Shown: piece after piece, positions 26,724 to 36,263 of the stretch | Position numbering within the stretch: the stretch's first letter is position 1 | Layout of the letters: each line of letters starts with the position of its first letter | Origin: a virus | Virus record (IMG/VR): IMGVR_UViG_3300027792_000011 | Reading direction: 5' to 3' (one strand) | Length of the DNA stretch: 64,000 nt | Translations under genes and position numbers: made by a program | Notes under the pieces: generated by a model | What the model saw: the letters and a program-made list of their open reading frames with translations, nothing else | Told to the model about the DNA's origin: nothing | Database searches by the model: none

Positions 26724-27095
26724 ATGGCTATAAGATGGTCTGGAGATTTGAAGATCAACATCAAGGTGAACGAAGCTGATCGTGAGGGTTGGTTGTACGA
26801 CTGTACAGTCAGCGTTCCCAAATGTCACTGCTCACCCAAATGCAAACCCAAGAAGGTGCAGGTCCGCATGGCGCAAGCGGACAAGGAGAAGTATGCAGAG
26901 GACAATCCTGTGGCGTTCGACAAGATCGCTCAGTCAGCGATCAGTTTCGTTGTTGATGAGCATGAAGAGGAGTACGAATTCATGTCCGCTCATTCGTGCA
27001 CGACAGAGGATGGCAACAACTGGTTCATTTCCAGGAGAGAAGCTGGAAGCTGGGAACCATTGCTAGGAGGATCAGATGGACTACCGAGAGGATGA
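26724..27095 (+). CDS. Hypothetical protein
   Basis: GGAGGT RBS. Confidence 0.7.
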   Translation: MAIRWSGDLKINIKVNEADREGWLYDCTVSVPKCHCSPKCKPKKVQVRMAQADKEKYAEDNPVAFDKIAQSAISFVVDEHEEEYEFMSAHSCTTEDGNNWFISRREAGSWEPLLGGSDGLPRG

Positions 27096-27258
27096 GAAGT
27101 TGTGTAAACGATGTGGGCAACCACTGGATGAAGAGGAACAGTGCGAGTGCTGTGATGAGGGTGTGGACACAGAAGATGTTGCAGAGTGCAGGAGAGAGTA
27201 TGAGAGGGAACAGGCGTCTCTCCGGCTTGAGAACTACCTGAGACGATGTGGGAGTTAG
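27076..27258 (+). CDS. Small zinc-binding protein
   Basis: CKRC..CECC, RBS. Confidence 0.6.
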   Translation: MDYREDEKLCKRCGQPLDEEEQCECCDEGVDTEDVAECRREYEREQASLRLENYLRRCGS

Positions 27259-27261
27259 ATC

Positions 27262-27576
27262 ATGGACAAGCCCTTGTACGTCATTGATACTGGGATGAAC
27301 TACGATCGTCCGGTACAGAAGGGTCAATGGGCGGTTTCAGACATCACCGGTAAGGGTGCTGAGATCATAAACGAGTGGCTCATGGAGAAGACCAGGGCTC
27401 TCGTTGATGAGCTGAAGTACGCGAAGCTGGAAGGTACGGGGAAGATCGACGTTTCCAAGCTGTCCGATCATTTTGACATCACCATTGAGGTATCGGTGTC
27501 GATCATTCCGTCTACCAAGAAACCCAAGAAGACTCCAGTGAAAGATGAAGTTGTGAAGAGAAAGGCAGCAAGATGA
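27262..27576 (+). CDS. Hypothetical protein
   Basis: Operon position, RBS. Confidence 0.65.
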   Translation: MDKPLYVIDTGMNYDRPVQKGQWAVSDITGKGAEIINEWLMEKTRALVDELKYAKLEGTGKIDVSKLSDHFDITIEVSVSIIPSTKKPKKTPVKDEVVKRKAAR

Positions 27577-27872
27577 AACACGGAGTCATGTACTTCTCCT
27601 GGAACTCACAACTTGGATCATCTATTCCTGGGCTCTCGGAACAGCAAGTAGAGGGTGAGACTGACGAGGACCTGCTGCTTCAGGTAGAGAAGGTGCTTGA
27701 GAGGTACTACATACAGTGCTTCAAGAACAAACCAGAAGAGGTGTTGTTCGCGATATGTGAGGATGGTGAGCCTGTAGGGATGGAGAAGCTGGGGAACAAG
27801 TACAACGTCAAGGTCAGCATCACCATGATGCTCGAGCCGAAGAAGGAGAGGAAAGCGTGGAAGCAGAAGTAA
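27573..27872 (+). CDS. Hypothetical protein
   Basis: ATGA coupling. Confidence 0.65.
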   Translation: MKHGVMYFSWNSQLGSSIPGLSEQQVEGETDEDLLLQVEKVLERYYIQCFKNKPEEVLFAICEDGEPVGMEKLGNKYNVKVSITMMLEPKKERKAWKQK

Positions 27873-28591
27873 GGGATCGGATATTGGCCGATCAGAAAGG
27901 TCCATTAGTCGTACAGTGTACAGCGAATGTACCCTACATAGGGTGCTACCACGAACCCAACTACTGGCTCCTAAAGGATAGCAGTATCTACCCCCTCTAT
28001 ATCTCTGGTGATGCGTGGTCCAAGTTCAGGCTTGGTGAGCAGGTATCGACATGGCTAGAGGGAATAGAGGAGATTCACCTGCACCGCGTACACTTTCTAG
28101 AGGTGATGGAGGGCTGGGATAGGTACGACGATTGGGATGTAAGGGAGCTGGAGAATTGGCATCTGGACAACTACAACGTGCTCAATATGATCACGGCGGT
28201 GCTCACCTGTCATGAGCTGCCTACTCCGATCTGGCGTTGCTCTGTGTGCAAGAAAGACTGTCGTGGGCTAGCCAAGTTCCTGGGCTACCGAGGTAACGGC
28301 GGCATAGGAATCTTCCTAGAAGATCCCGTCTGCGACGATTGTTTTCACGACACGGTTCGATGGTGCGAGGGGTGCTGCAGGTACATCAATGTCACCGGAA
28401 GGGGGTGGTGCCCGCATGACACTGGTGATCTCGACGAAGATGCAGTAGAGCACAGGCTCCATCTACCAGACGATCAGGCCGAGGCATTTGGTCTGACTGG
28501 TAGACAGTTCTTGGGTCCAGATGGTGATGCAGAGGGACTTCGGGGAGTATCCATCGTCATTATGCAGAAGGGAGTTGATCATGTATCATGA
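27857..28591 (+). CDS. Cys-rich hypothetical protein
   Basis: Several CxxC pairs. Confidence 0.7.
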   Translation: MEAEVRDRILADQKGPLVVQCTANVPYIGCYHEPNYWLLKDSSIYPLYISGDAWSKFRLGEQVSTWLEGIEEIHLHRVHFLEVMEGWDRYDDWDVRELENWHLDNYNVLNMITAVLTCHELPTPIWRCSVCKKDCRGLAKFLGYRGNGGIGIFLEDPVCDDCFHDTVRWCEGCCRYINVTGRGWCPHDTGDLDEDAVEHRLHLPDDQAEAFGLTGRQFLGPDGDAEGLRGVSIVIMQKGVDHVS

Positions 28592-28985
28592 CGATCCAAT
28601 AAAGAAGCAGTACGACGAGACTATTCAAAAATGCGTTACTGAACTGCAGGTGATTGGATGGAGGGCAAGAGCGTGTTCGGAAGTCGCTGGGTACCAGAAC
28701 GGTATTGCTATGCGTCTTCAGGCTGATGTGGTCGAGAACATGCATATTGCACTTCAGAGGATCATTGACTCCGGCGGAATGCCGCCATTGAAAGAGATAA
28801 ACAAGCTGATGGAGTTTCCGGTTACGATGGTGATTCCCGTAGAAGAATTGTACGCGGAACACCCTCTCAGCAAAGAGTCGATTGAACAGAAGATGAAGAT
28901 GTGGTCTGGATCACCAATGTCTACCGTCAGCGTTGGGAGTGAGGTTAGGAAAGATGATTGCTCAATTTGTGGGGAGAAGAAATAG
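28581..28985 (+). CDS. Hypothetical protein
   Basis: RBS; ends in CSICG. Confidence 0.65.
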   Translation: MYHDDPIKKQYDETIQKCVTELQVIGWRARACSEVAGYQNGIAMRLQADVVENMHIALQRIIDSGGMPPLKEINKLMEFPVTMVIPVEELYAEHPLSKESIEQKMKMWSGSPMSTVSVGSEVRKDDCSICGEKK

Positions 28986-29015
28986 TTTGTACTCTATACC
29001 ACGGAGGTCCGCCTG

Positions 29016-29339
29016 ATGACCTATGCACGGGTGGGCAAGCAGGTGCTCGAGTTCAACGGCAAGAACAACCGGAAGAACTACAGCACTGCAGGGAAAGAAC
29101 AGACCAGGGCGAGCGTAGAGTGTCAGGCACCTCCTCCCTCTTTTGTTCTGCGAATGATCGATAGGGTGCTTCAACCCCTTTCGGAGGCATTGAGTGCAAA
29201 GATCAACAGTATCGTTGTTGGTGCTGTGTTCAATGGCTGCAACTACCGATTCTGGATCAGTACTGTTTCCAGCAAGACATCTATCTCTGTGTTTGGCAAT
29301 GCCGGCAATGGTCCAACAATCAGGGTGATAAAGGAATGA
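29016..29339 (+). CDS. Hypothetical protein
   Basis: GGAGGT RBS. Confidence 0.6.
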   Translation: MTYARVGKQVLEFNGKNNRKNYSTAGKEQTRASVECQAPPPSFVLRMIDRVLQPLSEALSAKINSIVVGAVFNGCNYRFWISTVSSKTSISVFGNAGNGPTIRVIKE

Positions 29340-29692
29340 CGATCAAAACGAAGAATCGAGTGACTATAAGGGGGTTCGTTGGCAGGTACGTCCGATTGCC
29401 AGGTAAGAGAGGTGATCCGGCCAGATTTGATGTTGGTACGGTAGAGAGGTTCAGAACAGACAGTGGCGAGCTGATCACCTCTAAGAACTGGCACACTATT
29501 CGGACGTACAACATCGACCAGGTCGAGGAGTCCATTCACACAGGAGATGTTGTTGAGATAAGTGGCAGGATGGACACTGCACTGGTGAACGGCGCCAAGA
29601 CTGTGGAAGTTGTGTCTGACGACATCGAAGTGATCCTGACGCAGGAACAGCGCGATGTGCTGCGAAATGCGATAGAGGATTTTGACGAATAA
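29336..29692 (+). CDS. ssb: Single-stranded DNA-binding protein (OB fold)
   Basis: NRVTIRGFVG...ARFDVGT...WH.I...GD.V.ISGR; acidic end. Confidence 0.8.
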   Translation: MTIKTKNRVTIRGFVGRYVRLPGKRGDPARFDVGTVERFRTDSGELITSKNWHTIRTYNIDQVEESIHTGDVVEISGRMDTALVNGAKTVEVVSDDIEVILTQEQRDVLRNAIEDFDE

Positions 29693-29709
29693 GATCGAGA
29701 GACGAGGGA

Positions 29710-30828
29710 GTGAGAATGGACAAGGATGTTGCACGAGAAACATTGAGTCAACTTGATCAGTACACGAAGGCGATCAGTAAGTTCGTTGGAGTGTCTTGTA
29801 CTGGTAAGAGCAAGAACCATTCGGGTCCATTCCAGTTCGGAAGACCCTTCGGTGCAATCAATCACTTCACGTACTCGAATTCAGCCGTGTCGAGCAGGAA
29901 CCCGTACGGGAGAATACCGATCCTATTGAACAGGTTCGCTCGTGGATCGAATCAGGGGGTAGGTGTTCAGTTCATCGTGTGGGATCATCTTGTTCCGAGA
30001 TTCGTTGAATTCAGATCTAGATTCTCACTGCTGAAAGACATGCCCTCGGAGGTATTCTTCTTCGGTGATGATCTAGCTTTCTGGCACGCTGGGTGGGTGA
30101 ATCAGTGGACGTACGGAGTGGAGATCAGAAACTGTGGAAGACTGCTGCACAAGGACGGAGTCTGTTTCTGGGGTAGCAAGGGTTTGAGGTATGAAGGAAG
30201 ACCCCCAATCAAGATTGGAAACTCATGGTGGGAGCCATATAGCAAGCAGCAGATCACAGCGACTCTCTGGATACATAGACTCATGGCGTCTGTTCACGAC
30301 ATCAAGCCGCAATGGTTTCTAGGGCACTACCACGTAGCCAACACAAGAACTGATCCAGGAATCCACTTTCCTCTACGAGAGATGCGGGAGTACGCTCTAT
30401 TCGATGGCAAGAAGGACATACCGATCAACGGTATTGCATTTCTAAGCGATCACCCGCTCGATATCGTTGAGACTGACGGTGGTGGTCTGATTGATACAGA
30501 CAACCTTGCTGATACTGTTTCCAGAAACGATGCTATGGACGGTGCAGACCCGTCATTCGATCCTGAAGTGATTCCAGAGTTTCGCAGAGTGATTGGTACC
30601 AGCAACGTCAAAAGGAAGTTGGCGTACCTTGGTTATTATCCTGGACTGATCAATGACGAGATCAATACTCAGTATGTAGACACGCTCAAGGCGTTTCAAG
30701 GAAGGTGGAAGGTACGTGGAGCACATAGGAGGTTTGAGAACGAGCTTGAGATCACTGGCGAGTTCAATCCAGAAACTGGATTGAAGTTGGATCAGATGAT
30801 TGTTCAGTATGATTCGTTTGTGAGGTGA
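29710..30828 (+). CDS. N-acetylmuramoyl-L-alanine amidase (Amidase_2) with C-terminal peptidoglycan-binding domain; endolysin
   Basis: HFT, WHAG..N....GVE, GH......R.DPG..FP; L..LGY....LKAFQ. Confidence 0.85.
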   Translation: MRMDKDVARETLSQLDQYTKAISKFVGVSCTGKSKNHSGPFQFGRPFGAINHFTYSNSAVSSRNPYGRIPILLNRFARGSNQGVGVQFIVWDHLVPRFVEFRSRFSLLKDMPSEVFFFGDDLAFWHAGWVNQWTYGVEIRNCGRLLHKDGVCFWGSKGLRYEGRPPIKIGNSWWEPYSKQQITATLWIHRLMASVHDIKPQWFLGHYHVANTRTDPGIHFPLREMREYALFDGKKDIPINGIAFLSDHPLDIVETDGGGLIDTDNLADTVSRNDAMDGADPSFDPEVIPEFRRVIGTSNVKRKLAYLGYYPGLINDEINTQYVDTLKAFQGRWKVRGAHRRFENELEITGEFNPETGLKLDQMIVQYDSFVR

Positions 30829-30829
30829 G

Positions 30830-31003
30830 ATGACAGAGTTGGGAGCGAGGCTCTTGGCGGCTAGCTTGGGGTGGTTTGAAAACGAATCGAGGTGTAGCAA
30901 GAAGCAGTACGTCACCTCGATTCGTCCCGGAGTTGTTCTATTCGTTGGGATTCTGCTAGGCTATCTATTGGCGATGATCGTTACGACGGTCATAAGTAGA
31001 TAG
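30830..31003 (+). CDS. Small membrane protein (57 aa), possible lysis accessory or holin
   Basis: GAGGT RBS; C-terminal TM segment GVVLFVGILLGYLLAMIVTTVI; below the ORF-track size cutoff. Confidence 0.5.
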   Translation: MTELGARLLAASLGWFENESRCSKKQYVTSIRPGVVLFVGILLGYLLAMIVTTVISR

Positions 31004-31044
31004 CATCCGCGTTTGATCCACTATGCGTGGTAAGGAGGTAAGGG

Positions 31045-32004
31045 ATGCAACGATTCATCCCCGGATCGCTGACTCTTGTCAGCTTGGCTGTGACCTTAGC
31101 TCTACTGATTGGGTGTAGTATGCCGCCGGTAGTAGAGGACGCAGACGTACAGGAGGAAGTGATCGAGGAGGTAGTGGTTCAGGAAGAGGAGCCTGCTGTG
31201 GAGCCAGTAGTTACCTGGCGAGAGGTTGCGGCAGAGATCAGAGGGGATCTATCAGAGCACTGGGTATTGAGCGACTCAATGCTCTATGATCCTGCCAATG
31301 TGGTCTTCAGACTCGCTACCGAAAGGGGCGAGGATCCGATCATAATGGCATACGAGATGACTGATCTGGCAAACACCATCCTTGAGATGCAGCCGGCGTT
31401 CATTGATGGGAGAGAAGGAGGCTACCAAAGAGCGTTGTTGATAGCTTTGGACATCTATCGTGGGACGCTAGAGTTCCAGGATACTTCTTGTTCTGAGTTA
31501 GTGGATCAATTCACTGCTCCAGATCTAGAGAAGCAGATACCAAAGATCAACCCCTACATCATGGCAGCAATGGGTTACAGAGAATCTCGGTTCATGAAGA
31601 GGACCGAAGTAGGGTACGTCTGGAGGAAGGGACAAAAGGTCCAGGACTGTAGATGGTGTCGTGGATCTAGGGGCGAACGAGGTATGTTCCAGTTCATGCC
31701 TGGTGGTCTCATACAAAGACTCATGCCTAGTGATTGTAGGAACCCATTCGATCGTCTCTGTAGTGTTAGGGGCGCTGCCAAAGCATTGGCAACGATCAGA
31801 TGCGTTTGCATTGCCACCTTTGGATCGCGCTGCAACGTAGACACATTCGTTGCGGGCTACGGACTATCCAGAATGCCACGTCCAAGCGAGGCCAGGATGG
31901 TGAAGAGTGTAGTCAGAGCTAGAGGCTACCTCTGCAACGTACGCAACGACTGCGATGATCTATGGTCGCAGGACCACGATGATCAGTTCTCGCTGTCTCT
32001 ATGA
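31045..32004 (+). CDS. Lipoprotein with lytic transglycosylase (SLT/lysozyme-like) domain
   Basis: Lipobox LLIGC; AMGYRESRF catalytic Glu; GERGMFQFMP. Confidence 0.75.
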   Translation: MQRFIPGSLTLVSLAVTLALLIGCSMPPVVEDADVQEEVIEEVVVQEEEPAVEPVVTWREVAAEIRGDLSEHWVLSDSMLYDPANVVFRLATERGEDPIIMAYEMTDLANTILEMQPAFIDGREGGYQRALLIALDIYRGTLEFQDTSCSELVDQFTAPDLEKQIPKINPYIMAAMGYRESRFMKRTEVGYVWRKGQKVQDCRWCRGSRGERGMFQFMPGGLIQRLMPSDCRNPFDRLCSVRGAAKALATIRCVCIATFGSRCNVDTFVAGYGLSRMPRPSEARMVKSVVRARGYLCNVRNDCDDLWSQDHDDQFSLSL

Positions 32005-32585
32005 ACCTAGTGATCGGGATTGATGGGGTCGGTTTGGGCGCCCTTGCCGGCCCCATCACTATAGCTGCAGTTGTCATGGAGAGGGATCAGACCATCAAAG
32101 GAGTCCGTGACTCCAAGAAGGTCTCCAAGAATAGAAGAATTGATCTAGTCCATGACATAGACCGACAGAGTCTTTTCTGGATCATGGCTCAGTCGAGCTC
32201 GAAGGCAATCGACAAGTACGGTATACGTACGTGCAACCTGACGTGCATGAAGTGGTGCGCCAAGATCGCTATGAAGTTGTATCCGGACGCGCTAGTGATT
32301 GTAGATGGTACTGATCCAGTACCCGACATCGCAGCGTCAAAGCAAAGAGTAGTGATCAAAGCGGACGACAAGTTCATGTCGGTAGGTGCAGCTTCGATAA
32401 TAGCCAAGGTCCAGAGGGACAAGTATATGGTCTCTCTGAGCACAGAGTGGCCCGCCTATTTGTTCCATGATCACAAAGGATACGGAACCAGAGATCATAT
32501 TCATGCCCTCAACAAGTACGGTCCGTGTCCTGAGCATAGAGTGAGCTATGGTCCAGTAAAGCGGGCGAGCAGAAGGAATAGCTAG
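32001..32585 (+). CDS. rnhB: Ribonuclease HII (atypical first motif)
   Basis: IGID.VG.G.LAGP, DSKK, IVDG, KAD, AASIIAKV.RD, HKGYGT, HRVSY. Confidence 0.88.
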   Translation: MNLVIGIDGVGLGALAGPITIAAVVMERDQTIKGVRDSKKVSKNRRIDLVHDIDRQSLFWIMAQSSSKAIDKYGIRTCNLTCMKWCAKIAMKLYPDALVIVDGTDPVPDIAASKQRVVIKADDKFMSVGAASIIAKVQRDKYMVSLSTEWPAYLFHDHKGYGTRDHIHALNKYGPCPEHRVSYGPVKRASRRNS

Positions 32586-32588
32586 AGT

Positions 32589-33362
32589 ATGCCACCAGAA
32601 CAAGTAGAGATGTTCGAGGAACTGCGCTCAGTAAAGGGATGGCAGAGATGGCGAGCAAAACAAAAGGAAGAGCTAGGCATGTCGACGCAAGTAGAGATGT
32701 TCCTGAATGAGGCACTGACTGTATTCAAGGAAGAGTTGTACAGAAAGCTCCGAGAGGTCATTGGGATACCTGACGGCGCTACCTTCGATATTGATGCCGC
32801 CTGCGAAATGATCTCATCATTGAAGACGACGATCGATGTCCTGCAGAAGGTACGTACCTCCGAGCTCAACGCGAGGGGTGATCTTGCCGCTATGCTAATG
32901 GGAAACTGGGATGAGATGATCCCATGGTCAAAATTGATTGATAGAGTGAGGGAGCTGATGATAAAGGCAAACGAATCCGAAAGTGGCGCGACAGAAGCCG
33001 TGCCATACGCATACCCGCCTGTTTGGTCGAATGTAGTCCATCTGAACAATCATGGCATGTGGCCTGGCGCAGTCATTCCAGTGTGGGTTGTGGAGCGTGT
33101 AAAAAGGTGGAAGTGTGGTCCAACAGATATCAAGATTCTCATGTGTGCGGCCAATTACGAGATTGAGAGGCTTCAGAAGCTGATCGAGATCACCAACGAG
33201 GTGCGAGACGAGGCCATACAAAAGGCCAATAGGCTGGAGGGGCTGATCAGTAATTGTATCATCTGTCTTGATGATGCGCGAGACCGCATTTCTGGTATAC
33301 GTAGCACGTTCGATATCGTCAGCGAAGTGAAAGACAAGATCAAGGTAGATAGAGGAGAGTGA
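32589..33362 (+). CDS. Hypothetical protein
   Basis: Long ORF in the operon. Confidence 0.7.
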   Translation: MPPEQVEMFEELRSVKGWQRWRAKQKEELGMSTQVEMFLNEALTVFKEELYRKLREVIGIPDGATFDIDAACEMISSLKTTIDVLQKVRTSELNARGDLAAMLMGNWDEMIPWSKLIDRVRELMIKANESESGATEAVPYAYPPVWSNVVHLNNHGMWPGAVIPVWVVERVKRWKCGPTDIKILMCAANYEIERLQKLIEITNEVRDEAIQKANRLEGLISNCIICLDDARDRISGIRSTFDIVSEVKDKIKVDRGE

Positions 33363-33363
33363 G

Positions 33364-33663
33364 ATGGGTAAGAAGTGCTACAGAGATCTGTCTAGAGAGT
33401 GCGTCGGCGTAGACTGCATGGCGTACCAGGTAGGAAAAGAGTCGAAGGTTCTAGGATTCACGCCGTCAAGTGGGTGTGCCTTCATCATGTCGGCGACACT
33501 CGTTGGGACAAATGCACTGTTCGAGTTGCAACAGACGCTCAGCGGTATTGGTGCAGCTGGTTCTGGAGTTGGCGGTCTGCTCCAGAAGCTCATCCTCGAG
33601 AAAGTGTACGAGGCTCAACAACGAAAGGCCGAGGCGAAGGAGGAGCCTCGTGGTAGCGAGTGA
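33364..33663 (+). CDS. Hypothetical Cys-containing protein
   Basis: RBS; CY.....C...CMAY motif resembling 36596-36847. Confidence 0.65.
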   Translation: MGKKCYRDLSRECVGVDCMAYQVGKESKVLGFTPSSGCAFIMSATLVGTNALFELQQTLSGIGAAGSGVGGLLQKLILEKVYEAQQRKAEAKEEPRGSE

Positions 33664-33685
33664 CGTAAAGAGCTAAAATGGGGGT

Positions 33686-33922
33686 GTGAGAGTACATCGA
33701 AAGATCGGGCTCTTAGAGTTCCAACTCCGCTGTATCAACTGCGGAGCTGATCAGTTCATGACCGACTATGCCAACCTGAACCTGGGTGACGAAATCCACC
33801 CAGGGATAGGTGGCAACTCAGAGTACGGTCGGTGCAAGCAGTGTGGGAAAGGGGGCCTGAGAGTTGTAGATCGTGCAGATCTCAGGCCCCCTTCCAACGA
33901 TCCCCCATACTGGCCATTCTGA
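33686..33922 (+). CDS. Zinc-ribbon protein
   Basis: CINC...CKQC. Confidence 0.6.
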   Translation: MRVHRKIGLLEFQLRCINCGADQFMTDYANLNLGDEIHPGIGGNSEYGRCKQCGKGGLRVVDRADLRPPSNDPPYWPF

Positions 33923-33982
33923 TTTTAGCTAGCTAAGGAAAGAGGGAGAGACCCCTCTAAATGGAGTGGTTTGCAGGGGGAG

Positions 33983-34276
33983 CTACGCTTCGATGTCTTC
34001 GTCTTTGTAGGTAGGATACGATCCTGGTGGGGTTACAACGTGAACACGTCCTGAGCGTTCACGCTTGTCCACGTCGTCTACTTCGTCTTGTAGCTGGTGT
34101 GCCTTACGCTCTAGCTTCCGTACGCGCTGCTTCAACTCCTCATTGTCGTCACCAATGGCGTAGCCTATTGCGGTGGCTACTGCCAGTAGTCCGATGCTGA
34201 GCAGGCCGCCGGCGATAGCTACTCCAGCTCCAGACTCCTTCTTTTCCTCTTGTTTCTCCTTCACCTTCCTCGGCAT
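33983..34276 (-). CDS. Membrane-anchored coiled-coil protein
   Basis: GGAGGAG RBS, TM segment, GTTATAAG promoter at 34398-34391. Confidence 0.65.
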   Translation of the reverse strand: MPRKVKEKQEEKKESGAGVAIAGGLLSIGLLAVATAIGYAIGDDNEELKQRVRKLERKAHQLQDEVDDVDKRERSGRVHVVTPPGSYPTYKDEDIEA

Positions 34277-34457
34277 CTCTCCTCCGTGTGAGCTCCTAAA
34301 AAAGGAGACCAGTCACCCACTCTCATTATTGAGGTGCATGTTTGAGGGTCCGGTCTCCTGAAGCCATGAAACATTCTTGGCCTCAATTATCTTATAACGA
34401 TGGTGCCTCACACTTTTCCGAGATCAAAAACGTACACCCACTGTACGTCCAAATGTA

Positions 34458-34487
34458 TTGACACTCACTTTTTGAGCGTGGTACACC
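34458..34487 (+). promoter_or_regulatory. Sigma70-like promoter
   Basis: TTGACA, 18-nt spacer, extended -10 TGG-TACACC. Confidence 0.45.
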
Positions 34488-34684
34488 GGAAAGCGTGGGA
34501 TTACTCACAAAAGATCAAGTGGACGAGATCTGGGAGCGAAGAGGATTGAAGATTCGCGCCAAAAGATTTCGTAAATACCTCATAAGCATGGGGCTAGGAC
34601 CCATGACAGTTAGCGAAGATGTATTCCTTCGCCACATACACGATGAGTTCCTGATCAACTTCTTCGTGAAAGGAGTCCGTGAGG

Positions 34685-35527
34685 ATGCAAGAGGACGTCA
34701 AGAGTTCCCCTCTGATGAGCCCAACACAAGTAGCAAAGGCACGAGCGAGGGGAAACATGCAGAGAGGAGCTCCAGTGATTCAGAGCGGTCCAGCACCTGT
34801 GCCCCTGAACCAACCGCCGCCCCCGCAGCAGAGAGGCCCAGCGGGGGTATCAATGCGAGAGCTGGGAGGACAGCCCCACCAAGAATCACCCAACCGTCAA
34901 TCTCGGTCTCCAGAGGAGATAAAGGCTGATATGCAAAGATTGGCGGATGGGATCAAGCAGCACGAAGTAGCCACCAAGGAAGCAGAAGCACCACCTCCGC
35001 CAGAGGTGAAAGAGGATGAGACGAGCGACGATCTTCGTGAATGGCTGACCTCACCGAGCACGGAAGATCTGTTCAACAACACTCGCTACAAGAAGTTGGT
35101 AGAGAGTCGTCTGGAGAAGATGGAAGTCGAAAGCCTCATCATGCACGGTGAGGTGATCCAGTTTGTTCCGATCTTGATGAGGAAGGGAAGTCCGCAGTCC
35201 CGTATCTCCGCTACCTTCAGATCAGTCTCGGCTATGGAAGACCTAGCGATCAAGAAGAGATTCTATGAGGAGGAAGGTCCAGATCGATTCATGATCGATC
35301 GGTACTCTCTCATGAACCTTTGCATTGGTCTCAAGTCGTTGAATGGAACTGATCAGCAGCCTCATCTGGATGAGAATGGCAAGTTCGACGATGCAGCCTT
35401 CAAGAAAAAGTTCGAGAAGCTGCTCAAGATGCCGCACCAGCTCCTCGCACTCCTAGTCGTCAACTACATCTGGTTCGACGAGAGGGTACGCAAGCTGCTT
35501 GTCGCTGACGAGTTGGGAAATGGTTAG
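34685..35527 (+). CDS. Tail assembly chaperone (gpG-like)
   Basis: Ends with the slippery heptamer G GGA AAT one codon before its stop; open -1 frame downstream. Confidence 0.65.
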   Translation: MQEDVKSSPLMSPTQVAKARARGNMQRGAPVIQSGPAPVPLNQPPPPQQRGPAGVSMRELGGQPHQESPNRQSRSPEEIKADMQRLADGIKQHEVATKEAEAPPPPEVKEDETSDDLREWLTSPSTEDLFNNTRYKKLVESRLEKMEVESLIMHGEVIQFVPILMRKGSPQSRISATFRSVSAMEDLAIKKRFYEEEGPDRFMIDRYSLMNLCIGLKSLNGTDQQPHLDENGKFDDAAFKKKFEKLLKMPHQLLALLVVNYIWFDERVRKLLVADELGNG

Positions 35528-35943
35528 CGACCCCGTTAGGCTGGGCGCGGGCCAACGTCATATACGACAAGATGGTTGGTCCGCCCGAACCGGGGTCTGT
35601 CATGGAGGCCCTTTGTCTCATGGTGCAGATACGCCGCGAGATGAAGGAACTCTATGCCACTCATGCCGTTGTCCAGACGGTATGGGCATCAAGACATCCA
35701 GACAACGACAGCACCGGAGAGGAAGTACGCAGCTCGTTCGAGTCGTACAAAAACTCCCTCATGCCATTCTTGAAGAATGAGATCAAGAGGGAGCATGACA
35801 GGATCGTTGAAGCTATGAATGAGGAAGCGCGTAGAGGTCCGATGGTGGTCACTGCAATTGCACCAATGAAGGTGAGCAGTCGTCTCCGTCAGAGAGTACT
35901 CAAGGAGGTAAACCAACCTCCTATGCGGAGGCAGAAGTGGTAG
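35515..35943 (+). CDS. -1 frameshift extension (gpGT-like C-terminal part)
   Basis: Frame opens right after TGA 35506-35508 and reads GKWLATPLGWARANVIYDKMVGPP...; the internal ATG at 35572 has no RBS. Confidence 0.65.
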   Translation, partial: GKWLATPLGWARANVIYDKMVGPPEPGSVMEALCLMVQIRREMKELYATHAVVQTVWASRHPDNDSTGEEVRSSFESYKNSLMPFLKNEIKREHDRIVEAMNEEARRGPMVVTAIAPMKVSSRLRQRVLKEVNQPPMRRQKW

Positions 35944-36263
35944 ACAACTCTGAAGCCTATGATGATTCTATCGATGAAGAGATCACTGCAGAAGAGATCG
36001 AGCAGAGAGATGTGTTCATGAAAGTGAAGGCTGGTTTACACCGAATCTGTGCAGAGAGGGACTGCCCTCCAGATAATGATCTATTGAATCGCATGACTAG
36101 CATGTTCATCGACGCACTGGCTAAAGGTGTAATGAAGCGCGATCCAATAGAGGAAATAACGGCTTTGGGGGCAAGTGCTAGATCTTCGAGTACGGTATCT
36201 GGTCTGTGGTGCAGACGCTTTCTGATCTTGGCCGCTACGGGCCTTATGTATCACGGTGGATGA
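35937..36263 (+). CDS. Hypothetical protein
   Basis: GGAGG RBS, overlap with the upstream gene. Confidence 0.6.
   Translation: MVDNSEAYDDSIDEEITAEEIEQRDVFMKVKAGLHRICAERDCPPDNDLLNRMTSMFIDALAKGVMKRDPIEEITALGASARSSSTVSGLWCRRFLILAATGLMYHGG

Noticed and set aside
34495-34929. 144-aa ORF overlapping the tail chaperone
   Set aside because: No RBS, the start sits almost at the predicted TSS, and the C-terminal half overlaps 34685-35527 out of frame. A short leaderless product cannot be excluded, but I could not support it.
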